DNA of 64,000 bases from an uncultured Nitrospiraceae bacterium (lineage in GTDB: Bacteria; Nitrospirota; Nitrospiria; Nitrospirales; Nitrospiraceae), in the NCBI GenBank assembly GCA_963846575.1, contig CAWJWJ010000001.1, positions 288,001 to 352,000 on the forward strand, written 5' to 3'. Positions 11,460-21,933 of this stretch are shown piece after piece; within the stretch, counting starts at the first letter, position 1; each line of letters starts with the position of its first letter. The notes beneath the pieces are model-generated. The model had not been told where the DNA came from and ran no database searches. It worked only from the letters and a program-made list of their open reading frames with translations. The translations under genes were made by a program, and so were the position numbers.

Positions 11460-13178
11460 TCAGGTCCCTTCCCGGAGAGACAATAACAGCAAGTGCTTAT
11501 GACCCGGCTGCCGGAACTCCCGGATTCTCTCGACCGTCAGACCGGGGATGTCCCGGAGCGCCACGGCATGCCGCTCCTCTGTCACCACCCTGATAGTTCC
11601 ATGCTCACGCACCGCCTCGACGACCGCCTCACGGTTCGGAAGGTCCAGGAGCACCCTGTCACGCCTGAAGTAATACAACGCATCCTCGTTCTTCGGCCAT
11701 CCCGGGATATACATGAATAGCGAGGGATTGGCCCCGGCGGCCAGGGCGTTGATTTCCTCGGTGACCTTTCGCGGAGAGAAGGCCTGGTCGATCGCTGGAA
11801 AAACCAGGTTCACCAGGGTGATCATGTACGCGATCGCGACGGCTCCCACCATCGAGAGCGCCAGGTCCATGCGGGAGCGGATGACGGCATACAGGAGCAC
11901 GGCGGCCACCGCGATGATGACCAGGATGAACAGAGGAGAGACGAGATCGGGCGTGATCAGCCAGCGCTTTGTGAGGAGCCATGGCCACATCACGCTACCG
12001 ATGGCGAACAGTACGCCCAGCAGGCCCAACAGCATTCGAAGCAGCCAAGGCATACGACCCTGTCCCCCGGTGAAGGAGAACACATGCTGATAATAGTACC
12101 CGATCATCAAGCCGATACCGGGCACGAGCGTCATGAGATAGGGTTCGCGCTTGAGAGTCGCCAGGCTGAACACCACAAAGAAGCTCAGCACCCACACGAG
12201 CACGAGCAGTTCAGCCGGATGAGACCGGAAGGGCCGTCGGGACCATAACAGGAGGAACGCCGAGGGGAGCACTGCGCACCAGGGGAAAAAATCAGCCCAC
12301 ATCATCCCGAGGTACCAATAGACGGGATGCCCCCCTGGCGCGGAACCGGACGACCCGTAGCTCCACACCGATTGGAGGGCGTTGCCGATTTTGAAGTGAT
12401 GCTGATATCCCGGCCCCAGCATCTGTGCATACCCGGCCAGCATCGCCACCGCCATCAGCAGTCCGGCCCAGAAGAATCGATCCTTCACCATTCGCCCGTC
12501 ACGCCCGATCACCGCGTAGGCCGCCATGACGAGCAGCGGGAGGAAAAAGCCGTGCAGTTCCTTCAGCATCGCGCCGAGCGCCATGCTCAGAAAGGCGAGC
12601 AGATACCACCAGGACTTCCGCCCGAGCAGTTGCACCTGAATCCAGGAGAAGAGAGCCAACGTCACGAAGAAGGTCAGGGTCGAGTCGAACAACACCCGGC
12701 GTCCGTACCAGACGAAGACGTGGCTGGTCGCGACGACCAGGGCCGCCCAAAACCCCGCCGTCGGCGAAATCAACCTCGTTCCCAGTATGTAGGTCAGCAG
12801 GATCGTGCCGACCGCGGCAAGCGAACCGGGCAGGCGCAGGGCGATCTCATTGTCTCCCCACCACGAGGTGGAAAGATTCAGCAGCCAGAAGAAAAACGGC
12901 GGTTTGTTTATGTACGGCTCATTCTGGTACGTGAGGTCGAAGAATTCCTGCCTGCGCTCCATTTCTGCGGCGATGCCCGCATAGAGGCCCTCGCTGCCTT
13001 CCAGCAACGAAAAATGAAGGTGGGTAAGAAACGCCCAGGCTGAGACAAGGGCCAGCAACGCCAGTTCACTGTAGCGGCGCCCGTCGGGATTCGCCCGCAG
13101 AAAGGCCGCCATCGAATTCGAGTCAGGTGGCAACGATGCCCTTTCCGATTGCGAAGGCGGTACGTTCATGTCTGCCAT
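11460..13178 (-). CDS. ArnT/GT39-like membrane glycosyltransferase
   Basis: EGLYAGIAAEM, PYINKPPFFFW, ALRLP, ~13 TM helices. Confidence 0.88.
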   Translation of the reverse strand: MADMNVPPSQSERASLPPDSNSMAAFLRANPDGRRYSELALLALVSAWAFLTHLHFSLLEGSEGLYAGIAAEMERRQEFFDLTYQNEPYINKPPFFFWLLNLSTSWWGDNEIALRLPGSLAAVGTILLTYILGTRLISPTAGFWAALVVATSHVFVWYGRRVLFDSTLTFFVTLALFSWIQVQLLGRKSWWYLLAFLSMALGAMLKELHGFFLPLLVMAAYAVIGRDGRMVKDRFFWAGLLMAVAMLAGYAQMLGPGYQHHFKIGNALQSVWSYGSSGSAPGGHPVYWYLGMMWADFFPWCAVLPSAFLLLWSRRPFRSHPAELLVLVWVLSFFVVFSLATLKREPYLMTLVPGIGLMIGYYYQHVFSFTGGQGRMPWLLRMLLGLLGVLFAIGSVMWPWLLTKRWLITPDLVSPLFILVIIAVAAVLLYAVIRSRMDLALSMVGAVAIAYMITLVNLVFPAIDQAFSPRKVTEEINALAAGANPSLFMYIPGWPKNEDALYYFRRDRVLLDLPNREAVVEAVREHGTIRVVTEERHAVALRDIPGLTVERIREFRQPGHKHLLLLSLREGT

Positions 13179-13686
13179 TCCGTCTATGCCGCCGACTCGA
13201 CAGCCGGCGTGACCGGAAGAGAAGACGCTTCAACCGCACGCCATGAGCGGGACTGTGCCGCCCCTTCAGCCCGGACGAGCCGTTGCCGCTGCGTCATCGA
13301 GACCCTGCGGTCATCGGCCATGCATTCGATGTGACATTCGCAGACTGTCGGCGAACCCAACTCCCCGGCTGGTGGAGCGGCAACTCGCTCATTTGACGGA
13401 GAACGAGCGAGACGCCCCGCAACTGATCCAGCGTCGCTGGAATCATCCTCGATCCTTGCCCTCAGACCAGACCGACTTATGTCCAGACTTCCGAAAGGAC
13501 CGGAGCCTGCCATAGGGATCCGGCCCATCCGTTGTCACCGCGCGCTTCTCTTTCCGATGCCCTGCCTCTCTCATCACGGCACCCTTCTGTTTGTGATTGG
13601 TCACCTGATCGTCGGACCGGGAGGAAGCTCGGCCAACTACTCTCGCGCAAAACGACGCTTCCCGGTTCGGCTGAATCTCCGCGCGA

Positions 13687-15044
13687 TCAGAAAATCCTCT
13701 CCAGTTCTCCTTTCGCCCGCGCCAGGTTGATACGGGAGGCGTTAAACCGGAACAACGCTTCGATGACATTATCCCTGGCTCGCGCCACCGAGGTTTGCGC
13801 ATTCGTCACTTCGATGTTGGTGGTCAACCCGGCCGCAAACCGGTCGCGCGCGAAGGTCAACTCCTTCTGCGCCAGATCGAATCCCTTTTGAGAGACCGCC
13901 ACCTGTTGCGTGGACGAGTCCAGCGTGAGCAAGGCATTCCGCACTTCCAGCGATACCTGGTCGGATACGTCCTTCATGCGAATCGACTCCTGGCGTACCC
14001 GGCTGCGCGTCTCCGAAATGCGGCCCTCCCGCTGTCCGCCGTCGAAAATGGGAACCGAGAGGGTGATTCCCAGGGACCGCGTCGCAAATGCTTCATCCGG
14101 TCTGATGCCGATCCATCCATAGTCTCCGTTGAGCGACAGGGCCGGCACTCGCTCGCCGGCAACCGAACTATGTGAAAGAGAGGCCAGACGCTGGCGATTC
14201 GCCTGTGCCTTGAGCTCGGTCCGGTTCTCTTGCGCAACGGCCAGGGCCCGCTCCGGTTGTTCATGGACGACATCAACAAATTTCAGGGTATCCGTCAAAC
14301 TCAAGCGGACGTCGAAGTCTATGCCCAACGTCCGAATCAAATTCAATCGCGCGCTCTCCTGATCGTTCTGCGCCACCAGCAGTCGCCGGCAGGTATTCTC
14401 CGTGGATCTTCTTCACGCGTCACGTCCAGACCGGTCGCCACCCCCGCGACCTTGCGATCCTGAGCCAGTTTGAGCAATTGCTGGCTCAACTCCAGATCCG
14501 CCCCCCTCGCCTTCACGGCTTCGTCGGCCCGCAGCGCTTCCATATACAACAATCCGACGGTCGCCATCACGTCCCGCCTGGCGACTTCGGCCTCCAGAGT
14601 GGCCACCTCTACGCCGGCCTTGGCTGCCCTCCAGCGTTGAATCAGACTCAGGCTGAAAAGGTTTTGCACGAGAGTGGCCCGCCCGTCATACACCTCGAAG
14701 GGGTCCGTGACGCTGCGTGAAAGCCCCAATCCTGACAGACGGTCCGGCGGAAGGCCGAACGCGACAAGATTAACGGTCGGGCTGCGTACGGTCAAATAGC
14801 TCGCCACGTTCGGCAACATCGCCCCCAGACTGGTGCTAGCGGCGGATTGGGCTGCAGCGATGCGCTCTTTGAGCAAACGAACATTCACATTGTTTTCAAT
14901 GGAGGCCTGAATCGCGTCATGGAGGCTCAACCGCAGCTCCGGCGGAGTTGGCAGCGACTCCGCTGCCACCCCTACCGACGCCTGCAGCAGGCCCAATCCC
15001 GACAGCGCCTGCACCATGAAGATCACCCGCCATATTATCCTCAC
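13687..15044 (-). CDS. TolC-family outer membrane efflux protein, frameshifted at ~14380-14410
   Basis: Two overlapping ORFs (14343..15044, 13687..14376) give the N and C halves of an OEP (LSLHDAI..., ARDRFAAGLTTNIEV..AQ). Confidence 0.85.
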
Positions 15045-15112
15045 GTTATCCTCCTCTCATTGAATGGCAGTGCGCGCAGCCCGCACAGTCATGAAGCCTG
15101 GATGTAGACAGG

Positions 15113-15128
15113 TGCACCTATGACGCCT
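15113..15128 (-). promoter_or_regulatory. sigma-54 -24/-12 promoter
   Basis: Minus strand AGGCGTCATAGGTGCA, ~70 bp upstream of the tolC-like start. Confidence 0.6.
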
Positions 15129-15246
15129 TTTCGCGACACTCACGCGGACGCGAATGAATCTCTATCACAATCGGGAGTTGAAGCGGACTCGTGATGGTAC
15201 CGGAACGTCGGGAGGATCGGCTCACTCCAGTCACACCAAAGCAGTC

Positions 15247-15263
15247 TGTGGCAGAAGGCCACA
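15247..15263. promoter_or_regulatory. palindromic activator-binding site (putative UAS)
   Basis: TGTGGCAGAAGGCCACA, 119 bp upstream of the -24 element. Confidence 0.6.
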
Positions 15264-15291
15264 GCACTGCCGGATGGATCCGGCCCCGGCT

Positions 15292-15815
15292 CAGATAGAT
15301 CAGCAACAGCGCCACCGCGAACGCAATGCCCATATCCCGAAACGTTTCATAGGTGATGTGCCATTCGCCGTCCCACTTCATGGCAAACCGCTGCTCCGAC
15401 CAGGGCTGCACGGCATAATACTGCGCCAGAGCGTATCCTTCCGGCAGGATGAACCGCTCCAGCTTCTTCGCCGATACTCATCACGCCGTAGACCGGACTC
15501 TCGCCCTTTTCCGCCCCGCTCCCCCCGACATCCGCGATGACATATACGACCGGTTTTTGATTCTTGTGGTAGATGGATTTCTCCCTGACGCTTTGCTCCT
15601 CCCCGGATGAGTTCGGATAAGGGCACCATGTGGCCCGCAGCCGTCCGGAGTGAGATTTCTCCGAGCCGTTCCAGCCCGGTGCGTTCCGTGACCGGCAGGC
15701 GCAACATGACTTGGACCGGCCTGTTCTGGTTGGGAATATGCACCAGTCCCACGTTGGTACCCTCCAAGGCCATTCGCAAAGTCTTGACGATTTCCTCAGA
15801 CGGTATCCGGCCCAC
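15292..15815 (-). pseudogene. internal fragment of an AcrB/AcrD/AcrF-family RND permease
   Basis: Across three frames: VPLSELI / SIYHKNQKPVVYVIADV..ESPVYGV / [29 protein letters not shown]; only ~175 codons of a ~1000-aa family. Confidence 0.8.
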
Positions 15816-15930
15816 GCTCGTGTGTGCCGACTTCCCCCTGCTGACTTACACCTTGTGGAATAGGCGTGCAAGGGGAGATTCCGCCACGACCATTTTCCTC
15901 GGCCCGGAACGGCCCCTGCCCCTTCGGGGC

Positions 15931-16902
15931 TCAGAACCGGTACTGGCCGCCTACGGAAAAAATCGTGGCGCTAAAATCCCTGAGCTCGTTGGTCGAGGCG
16001 CGTCTGACATATTGGAATGAGCACGTCGCGAGCGCCGCGTCCGAGAGGTGGTAACGGAACTCCGCGATCCCCTGATGCGTGGAGTCGAAGCGCCCCAGAT
16101 GCGTATCGCCTTCGATTCCGCTGGTGAACGTCTTCCGTCGATGAACGTACGCGAGGGCGAGGTCCAGCCGGGAGGTCAGGCGATAGTCCGTGCCGACCGA
16201 CAGCATGTGCAGATAATAGGACACATCGTCCATGAACTGCGGTTGCTGCCGGCCGTCCGACAATCCGCGCTCGTACAAATAGGAGGCCGTGAGGGTCAGC
16301 CGGTTCGTGGCCTGGTAGTCGACTCGTGGGCCGACCGTCCAGAATGTCGTATCCCGTTCGGCAAATGACTCGTTGTAGAACCGGAGCCCATAACGGCCGA
16401 CCAGGGTCGCCGTCACCACGTCAGTCAGTCGTCGTTCGACTTCCGCTCTCCAGTGATGGGAGGTCACCCGCTCTTCTCGAATCGAACGCGTACCGGTTCG
16501 ACGCTCGAAATTCGGGCCCAGGAACAGGTTGGGCACATAGCGATACCGCACCAACACGGACGTATCCGGATCAAGCCGGTATCGGTCCTGGATGCGATAG
16601 TCGCCATGGTTGAGAATGGGATTGTTGGTATAGATGGCGCCTTGCGCCTTCATGGACAGTTCATTCTTTCCGGCCGATGTGTTCGCGGACTGGATGAGCT
16701 CGAGCGCCGGTTCCCAGATGACATCCCGCGATTTTTCAAGGGACACGATCGTCGGCTGCGATGGATCTTCGCTGAAGGCAAGGCGCCGGGCCGCGGAAAA
16801 CTGGAAGGCATCGTTCGTATAGCTGGTGTTCTCACCGGCAATCGCCGACCATTCAGCATGGACCGGTTCGGCCGGCCTCCAGAACATGAGACCGGCGGCC
16901 AC
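15931..16902 (-). CDS. outer-membrane beta-barrel protein
   Basis: Signal peptide (VHA/EW), alternating beta strands, C-terminal QYRF barrel signature. Confidence 0.75.
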   Translation of the reverse strand: MAAGLMFWRPAEPVHAEWSAIAGENTSYTNDAFQFSAARRLAFSEDPSQPTIVSLEKSRDVIWEPALELIQSANTSAGKNELSMKAQGAIYTNNPILNHGDYRIQDRYRLDPDTSVLVRYRYVPNLFLGPNFERRTGTRSIREERVTSHHWRAEVERRLTDVVTATLVGRYGLRFYNESFAERDTTFWTVGPRVDYQATNRLTLTASYLYERGLSDGRQQPQFMDDVSYYLHMLSVGTDYRLTSRLDLALAYVHRRKTFTSGIEGDTHLGRFDSTHQGIAEFRYHLSDAALATCSFQYVRRASTNELRDFSATIFSVGGQYRF

Positions 16903-17061
16903 GACAGCGACCGAGCGGATCGCGATACCCAGCAGAACACCTATCCTGCCGCATCCGTTTCCATTGTCGACCGGTGAGAGGGCAGACGATGCGTCATGCG
17001 ATATTCATCCCGAGTCGGGGTCTGGTAAGGCCTATCAGAATTCATCGACTGTCAACGGCGA

Positions 17062-17864
17062 CTAGCTTCGGAGCCCGAGCAGCTTCGCCGCATTGATCAG
17101 GATCAAACTCACCGCGACGGTGATCGTGATGGATGCGGTGATCCGGCTTACGGTCTTTGCCGGCAACCATTCTCCCATCCGCACCCCCACGAGCATCCCG
17201 ATGCCGCTTCCAAGGAGCATGAACCCCATCAGCGGCCAGCTGACCTGCCCGAATTGCAAGTGCCCCGCGATTCCGCCGATGGAGATCAGCGTAATGATAC
17301 TCAGCGAGGTCCCGATCGCGGAGCGAACCGGAAACCCCAGGATCAGGACGAGCGCCGGAACGACCATGAATCCTCCGCCCACACCGAACAATCCGTTCAA
17401 GGCTCCCACCACGATCCCCATCCCGCCGACCTTCAGCCAGCAGGTTCGCGGAAAGCGAGTCGCGCAACGCTCCTCCGGATGGGTCCCGGCCAGATAGGTC
17501 TGCTGCCGTAGGACCAAGGCCGTTCTGACGAGTAACAAGCAGCACCCCAAGCAGGACCAGCAGAACTTCTTCCCGGAACAGGCGATGGCCGAAGGCCCCG
17601 GCCCAGGAGCCGATCATGCCGGTCCAGCCGAACGCGGCGGCGGCCTTGAGTTTGACCAATCCCTGCCGGCCGTACTCCCAGGCGCCCAGCAGCGAGGACG
17701 CCGCGACGATCATCAGCGACATCGCAGCCGCCTGCTGCATGGGAATACCGGCGATGTAGACCATCAGCGGCACCCCAAGAATCGCACCGCCCGTTCCGGT
17801 GGCTCCGAGCTGCAGGCCGATGGGCAGATCCTGCCAGGGAGGCCCGCAACCACTGCTCGATCAT
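17062..17864 (-). CDS. TauE/SafE sulfite exporter family protein; two apparent +1 frameshifts (~17823, ~17540)
   Basis: IGLQLGATGTGGAILGVPLMVY and GALNGLFGVGGGFMVVPAL...AIGTSL motifs; span 803 nt = 3n+2. Confidence 0.85.
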
Positions 17865-18264
17865 GCCGGAATCGTCCTGCTAGCGGCCAGGCTTCCGATC
17901 GTAAGCGCACCGTCACGCCGGTCGTTCAAGTGTTTCTTCGCCCAGGTCACATTGGCCCGGCGCCATGACCACTTTTCCATCCTGCTCGCTCTTTGTCCCC
18001 GAGCGTCCCCGCCGGCCTGAACATAAGTGCCACTTCTCACATCCTGAGAGCAAGACACTCGGTTATGGATTCAGATCAGGCTGCTTGATCGACGTGACAC
18101 AGAGCAACGGGTGTCCTGTCTCACCCACCGCTTCGACGATCACCGGGCTCGCATTCCTGCAGAGGCATTCGACAAATCCCCCTGCCATCCCGGGTAATTG
18201 TCAGGTTGACATAGTCCGCGGCGGTCGGTAAGTGATAGAAGCGTCACACTAGGGTGGAGGTCCC

Positions 18265-18969
18265 ATGTTGCTCCGACGACTTTGTGCAGGCAAAGGCCTC
18301 ATGATCAGCCTCATTGTTGCATTTATCGCGATCGAGTCGATCGTGGCGGCCTGTTTCCTGAGCCTGCTCCACTTCAAGGCCTCTAACAATTGGATGGCGC
18401 AAAGTCAACATGCCCTGATTGAACTGGAACGCATGATGGGCACCGTTTCAGGAGCTGAAACCAGTCAGCGGGGCTATCTCATCACCGGATCAGATCACTA
18501 TCTCGTCCCCTATCGGGATGCCATCGAAACCATCGATAGCCACGTTCAGCGCATCGGGAGCCTGACCAGGCACAATCGGACCCAGCAGGATCATGTGGCC
18601 GTTCTCGCGGACCAGGTGAGCAAGCGATCCGACGAAATGGATCAAGCCATCGTCACGCGTCGCACCCAGGGGCTTCCCTTTGCCAAGTCGGTTGTCGCGG
18701 TCGCCGAACAAAACCGCACAATGGACATGATTCACGCTATCGCGGGGCAGATCCGCGAGGAGGAAACCCGGATGCTGCAGGCTCACCGGGCGGACTCGGA
18801 AACCTGGGCGCTTACCACCGGGGCCTTCACCGTGGCATTTTTCCTCGTCACCGCCGCGCTCTTCGGGTTATGCGCCCTTGTCATGAACATGGCTCTCTCG
18901 AGCCAGTCGCAAGCCGAACGTATCCTGCAAGCCCTCTCGCATCCTTCGACGGCGCCGCCGACGACATAG
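18265..18969 (+). CDS. CHASE3 sensor-domain membrane protein with no cytoplasmic output domain
   Basis: TM-AETSQRGYLITG..YLVPY...MDMIH...EEE-TM then a ~25-aa tail and stop. Confidence 0.82.
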   Translation: MLLRRLCAGKGLMISLIVAFIAIESIVAACFLSLLHFKASNNWMAQSQHALIELERMMGTVSGAETSQRGYLITGSDHYLVPYRDAIETIDSHVQRIGSLTRHNRTQQDHVAVLADQVSKRSDEMDQAIVTRRTQGLPFAKSVVAVAEQNRTMDMIHAIAGQIREEETRMLQAHRADSETWALTTGAFTVAFFLVTAALFGLCALVMNMALSSQSQAERILQALSHPSTAPPTT

Positions 18970-19130
18970 CCCTCCCGTGTGAGGACCCGAAGCTATTTCC
19001 GGCGTTCAAAAATGTTCGCTCCCCCTGTCGCTTCCGTGGAAGACCGAGGCTTCCCTGTTGTTCTTTTCACTGCTCGAACCGCTCTGTTCGCCCGCCGAAC
19101 GAACCGGTGCGCCGCGGGCAACCCTTCTGT

Positions 19131-19607
19131 CTAGGTGCGCGCGAGCACCACGGCAGACAGCAGCACAACCAGCGCCAGAATTAATGAGAAGCGGGGCAAC
19201 AGCGCCGCATACCGCAGCAGCAGACCGTCACCAGCCGTTCGTTCCATCGCTGCCTTGCCGAGTATCCGCCTGACCTTGGGCCCCAGCAGGAGATCGTGCA
19301 GGAGGGTCAAGCTGAACAAGACCATGACCAGTGTGATCTTGGCTGCAAAGACCGCGGGCCATGTGCGAGGCTCCGTCAACGCGATGGAACGTCCGTCGGC
19401 GATCATCAAGCCGGTGCCGATGAGCAATCCCATCGCACCCCACACGATGCCGCGGAACCGATGGGCCACCGTTCGAAACAGTGCGGCGTGCTGAGCGAAC
19501 TGTCCCCCTCGCCTCAATACCGGCACCAGCACAATCGAGAGGAACATCATGCCGCCGATCCAGGCGACCGTCGCCAGAAGGTGAATCCATACCACCAGCA
19601 ACACCAT
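19131..19607 (-). CDS. CopD/DUF4149-like membrane protein
   Basis: WIHLLATVAWIGGMMF..., four TM helices, HDLLLGP. Confidence 0.75.
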   Translation of the reverse strand: MVLLVVWIHLLATVAWIGGMMFLSIVLVPVLRRGGQFAQHAALFRTVAHRFRGIVWGAMGLLIGTGLMIADGRSIALTEPRTWPAVFAAKITLVMVLFSLTLLHDLLLGPKVRRILGKAAMERTAGDGLLLRYAALLPRFSLILALVVLLSAVVLART

Positions 19608-19847
19608 GCCGTCCTTTCTGGTCCGTCATGCGCGGCAATGTCTTCGTGATGAGGAAGGGTCTGCAGGGCGTCGGTCATCAGGGACGGGGAATGAAGAACA
19701 GCCGGGTTGCGGTTCCCTTCGAGACCCGCGTTCTGCCCGGATTGTGTCAGAGAAGGATCTCCACGACGTTTCCGCCGGTCGATGAAAGCCGCCCGCCCAT
19801 CGGTTATCCCGGCATGGTGAAGGCACGACCGCTGCCTCGGGACCCGG

Positions 19848-20804
19848 TTATTCGGGCTCGTCGACGGTTTCCTGAACGGTGCCCGCGGACAGGCCCGACA
19901 TGGTCGCCAACTTCTGCGTCGCGTCGGTGATACCCTGAGCGCAGCGGAATCCGATCAAATAATTCCAGTGGTCCAATCCACCGGAATTTCGTCCGGCTGA
20001 CCGGGCCACCTCGGGATCTTCATTCCACGACCCTCCTCGAAAGACTTTGTCGTGCCCCGTCGCAGGCCCCTGCGGATTGCGGTTCTCCTCCCGCCGGTAG
20101 TACTCCGGATCGAACCAATCCGACACCCATTCGCTCGCATTGCCCGCCAACTGATAGACCCCGTAGGGACTCACGCCTTTGTCGTATCGATCCACATTCG
20201 CCAGCGGAGGGTACCTCACGCCGCGTTTGGAACCGCGATGGGCAATATTGCTTTTACTCCAGCCGGCCGATTGATTGCCCCAGGGAAACATCCGGCCATC
20301 CTCGCCGCGCGCCGCCTTCTCCCATTCGGCTTCGGTGGGCAGACGGGCCCCTCTCCATCGGCAATAGGCATCGGCCTCGCGCCAGGACACGGCGATCACC
20401 GGGTGTTTCGCCATCCTGTCCGCAAACGGTCGTCCTCGCCAATACCGGGGCCAGGCCGCTCCGGTTGCCAGCACATATCGCAGGTAGTTCACGTTGCTGA
20501 CCTCGAACCGGTCGATCCTGAAGCGGTCGACATACACCAGATGCTGCGGCTGTTCCTGAGGGCCGGCGGCTCGATCCATCCGGGGATCGCTCCCCATGAG
20601 AAAGTTGCCGCCGGGAATCCGCACCATGCCTCCCGGCACCTCCGTCAGGGCAAGTCGCTCCGCCTCATCGAGCGATGACCAGAGCGGCGGCGGTTCGCGC
20701 AGGGCGTGATTCGCAGCTGCCGGACCAACCGCAGTCAGCGAGCCCAGCAGGCCTATCGCCGCTGCCGTCGCCCGCATTCGTCTCATGGGCTCGCTGCGCG
20801 TCAT
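19848..20804 (-). CDS. exported FGE-sulfatase (SUMF1/EgtB/PvdO) domain protein
   Basis: FLMGS, RLPTEAEWEKAARG, LAGNASEW, RGGSW, IGFRC; signal peptide. Confidence 0.9.
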   Translation of the reverse strand: MTRSEPMRRMRATAAAIGLLGSLTAVGPAAANHALREPPPLWSSLDEAERLALTEVPGGMVRIPGGNFLMGSDPRMDRAAGPQEQPQHLVYVDRFRIDRFEVSNVNYLRYVLATGAAWPRYWRGRPFADRMAKHPVIAVSWREADAYCRWRGARLPTEAEWEKAARGEDGRMFPWGNQSAGWSKSNIAHRGSKRGVRYPPLANVDRYDKGVSPYGVYQLAGNASEWVSDWFDPEYYRREENRNPQGPATGHDKVFRGGSWNEDPEVARSAGRNSGGLDHWNYLIGFRCAQGITDATQKLATMSGLSAGTVQETVDEPE

Positions 20805-20903
20805 TCGCCCCTCGCCATTCGCGAGGCATTCTCGCCCGTCGTCAGTGCCCGGTTGCCCATGCAGTCTCAGGCGCAGGCACTCCCCATCCTGAACTCTTCC
20901 TGT

Positions 20904-21830
20904 TCAGTGATCCTGCTTTTTAATGATCGGATCGATATCCTTTTGTGCTTCCACGGTGTAGCGCCCGGACGGATGATCCAGGACCTCGTTGGCGTAGAGC
21001 CGCCCCGTCGGGGCCGGAACCGCGAGACTGGCCTCCACTGTCACCTTCGGCTCGACCGTGACGGTCTGCTCGATGGTGGTACGGATATAGGGGTGCCAGA
21101 TCACCAGCTTGTACGTACCGGGCGGCACATCGGTCATGGTGAAGCGGCCCTGTTCGTCTGTCTTGGCAAAGTACGGGTTGGTGATGGCGACGCCCCAGCT
21201 TTCCATGTAGGCGTGAAACCCGCATTGCATGACAAAGACCCGCCGGCCCTTGCTGAGATTCACCAGTTGTTTCATCGGCGGACCGGCCATATGTTTGTGG
21301 TACATCCCGGCATCGCTGCGATCTTTCAGGTCGCGCGGATGCGCCGGGTTCATCGGCAGCGGCACGTTAAACAAGACGCGCGCACCCAGATGCGACGTTT
21401 CGTAGGCCTGAATATCGTGCATGACCGGATCCATGTTGACCACGGTCACCGATTGATCATCCCGCACGACCGTGGTGAACGGGAGGAAACGGCAGTCTCT
21501 GGCTTCGATCTGCGGCACGGTCTTTTCGGCGAAAGGTTTACCTTTCTCGATCCCTTCCAGGTAGACCACCACATCCTGGAACTCGCTGGCCGGCCCGACC
21601 TGGAACGGTTGCAGAATGCGCCAGCCCCGCCCGTCAGAAATGCGTCCGCAGTAATATTGATCCGGCAACGTGATGAGGTTGTAGCCTTTCGGTTTCGGGA
21701 CAGTCCCCTCTAGCTTCACGGTACCCGCGATAGTTCCGCCATCGGAAACGGTGATTTCTTCGTAAGCCAGGGCAGGGCCGCCGACCGTCGCGGCGAGCAC
21801 CCCTGCCACAATCGCGTTCCACATCTTCAT
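20904..21830 (-). CDS. exported cupredoxin-like / carboxypeptidase-regulatory-like domain protein (paralogue A)
   Basis: Signal peptide; CRFLP, NMDPVMHD, CGFHAYM, DVPPGTY..WHP. Confidence 0.8.
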   Translation of the reverse strand: MKMWNAIVAGVLAATVGGPALAYEEITVSDGGTIAGTVKLEGTVPKPKGYNLITLPDQYYCGRISDGRGWRILQPFQVGPASEFQDVVVYLEGIEKGKPFAEKTVPQIEARDCRFLPFTTVVRDDQSVTVVNMDPVMHDIQAYETSHLGARVLFNVPLPMNPAHPRDLKDRSDAGMYHKHMAGPPMKQLVNLSKGRRVFVMQCGFHAYMESWGVAITNPYFAKTDEQGRFTMTDVPPGTYKLVIWHPYIRTTIEQTVTVEPKVTVEASLAVPAPTGRLYANEVLDHPSGRYTVEAQKDIDPIIKKQDH

Positions 21831-21933
21831 TTTTCCGGCCTCCTTATCGATGAGCATGCGAATGCAACAACAACCCTCTAAAAGTTCCGCATGAATGTCT
21901 TCGTGATCAGCAACACTCAGCATAACAGATGCG

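Noticed and set aside
13184..13600. ORFs between tolC and arnT
   Set aside because: No recognisable domain or convincing start; possibly decayed sequence
18018..18032. Possible sigma-54 promoter TGGCACTTATGTTCA for the TauE/beta-barrel unit
   Set aside because: It lacks the -12 G; it would fit only if a base was dropped by sequencing error
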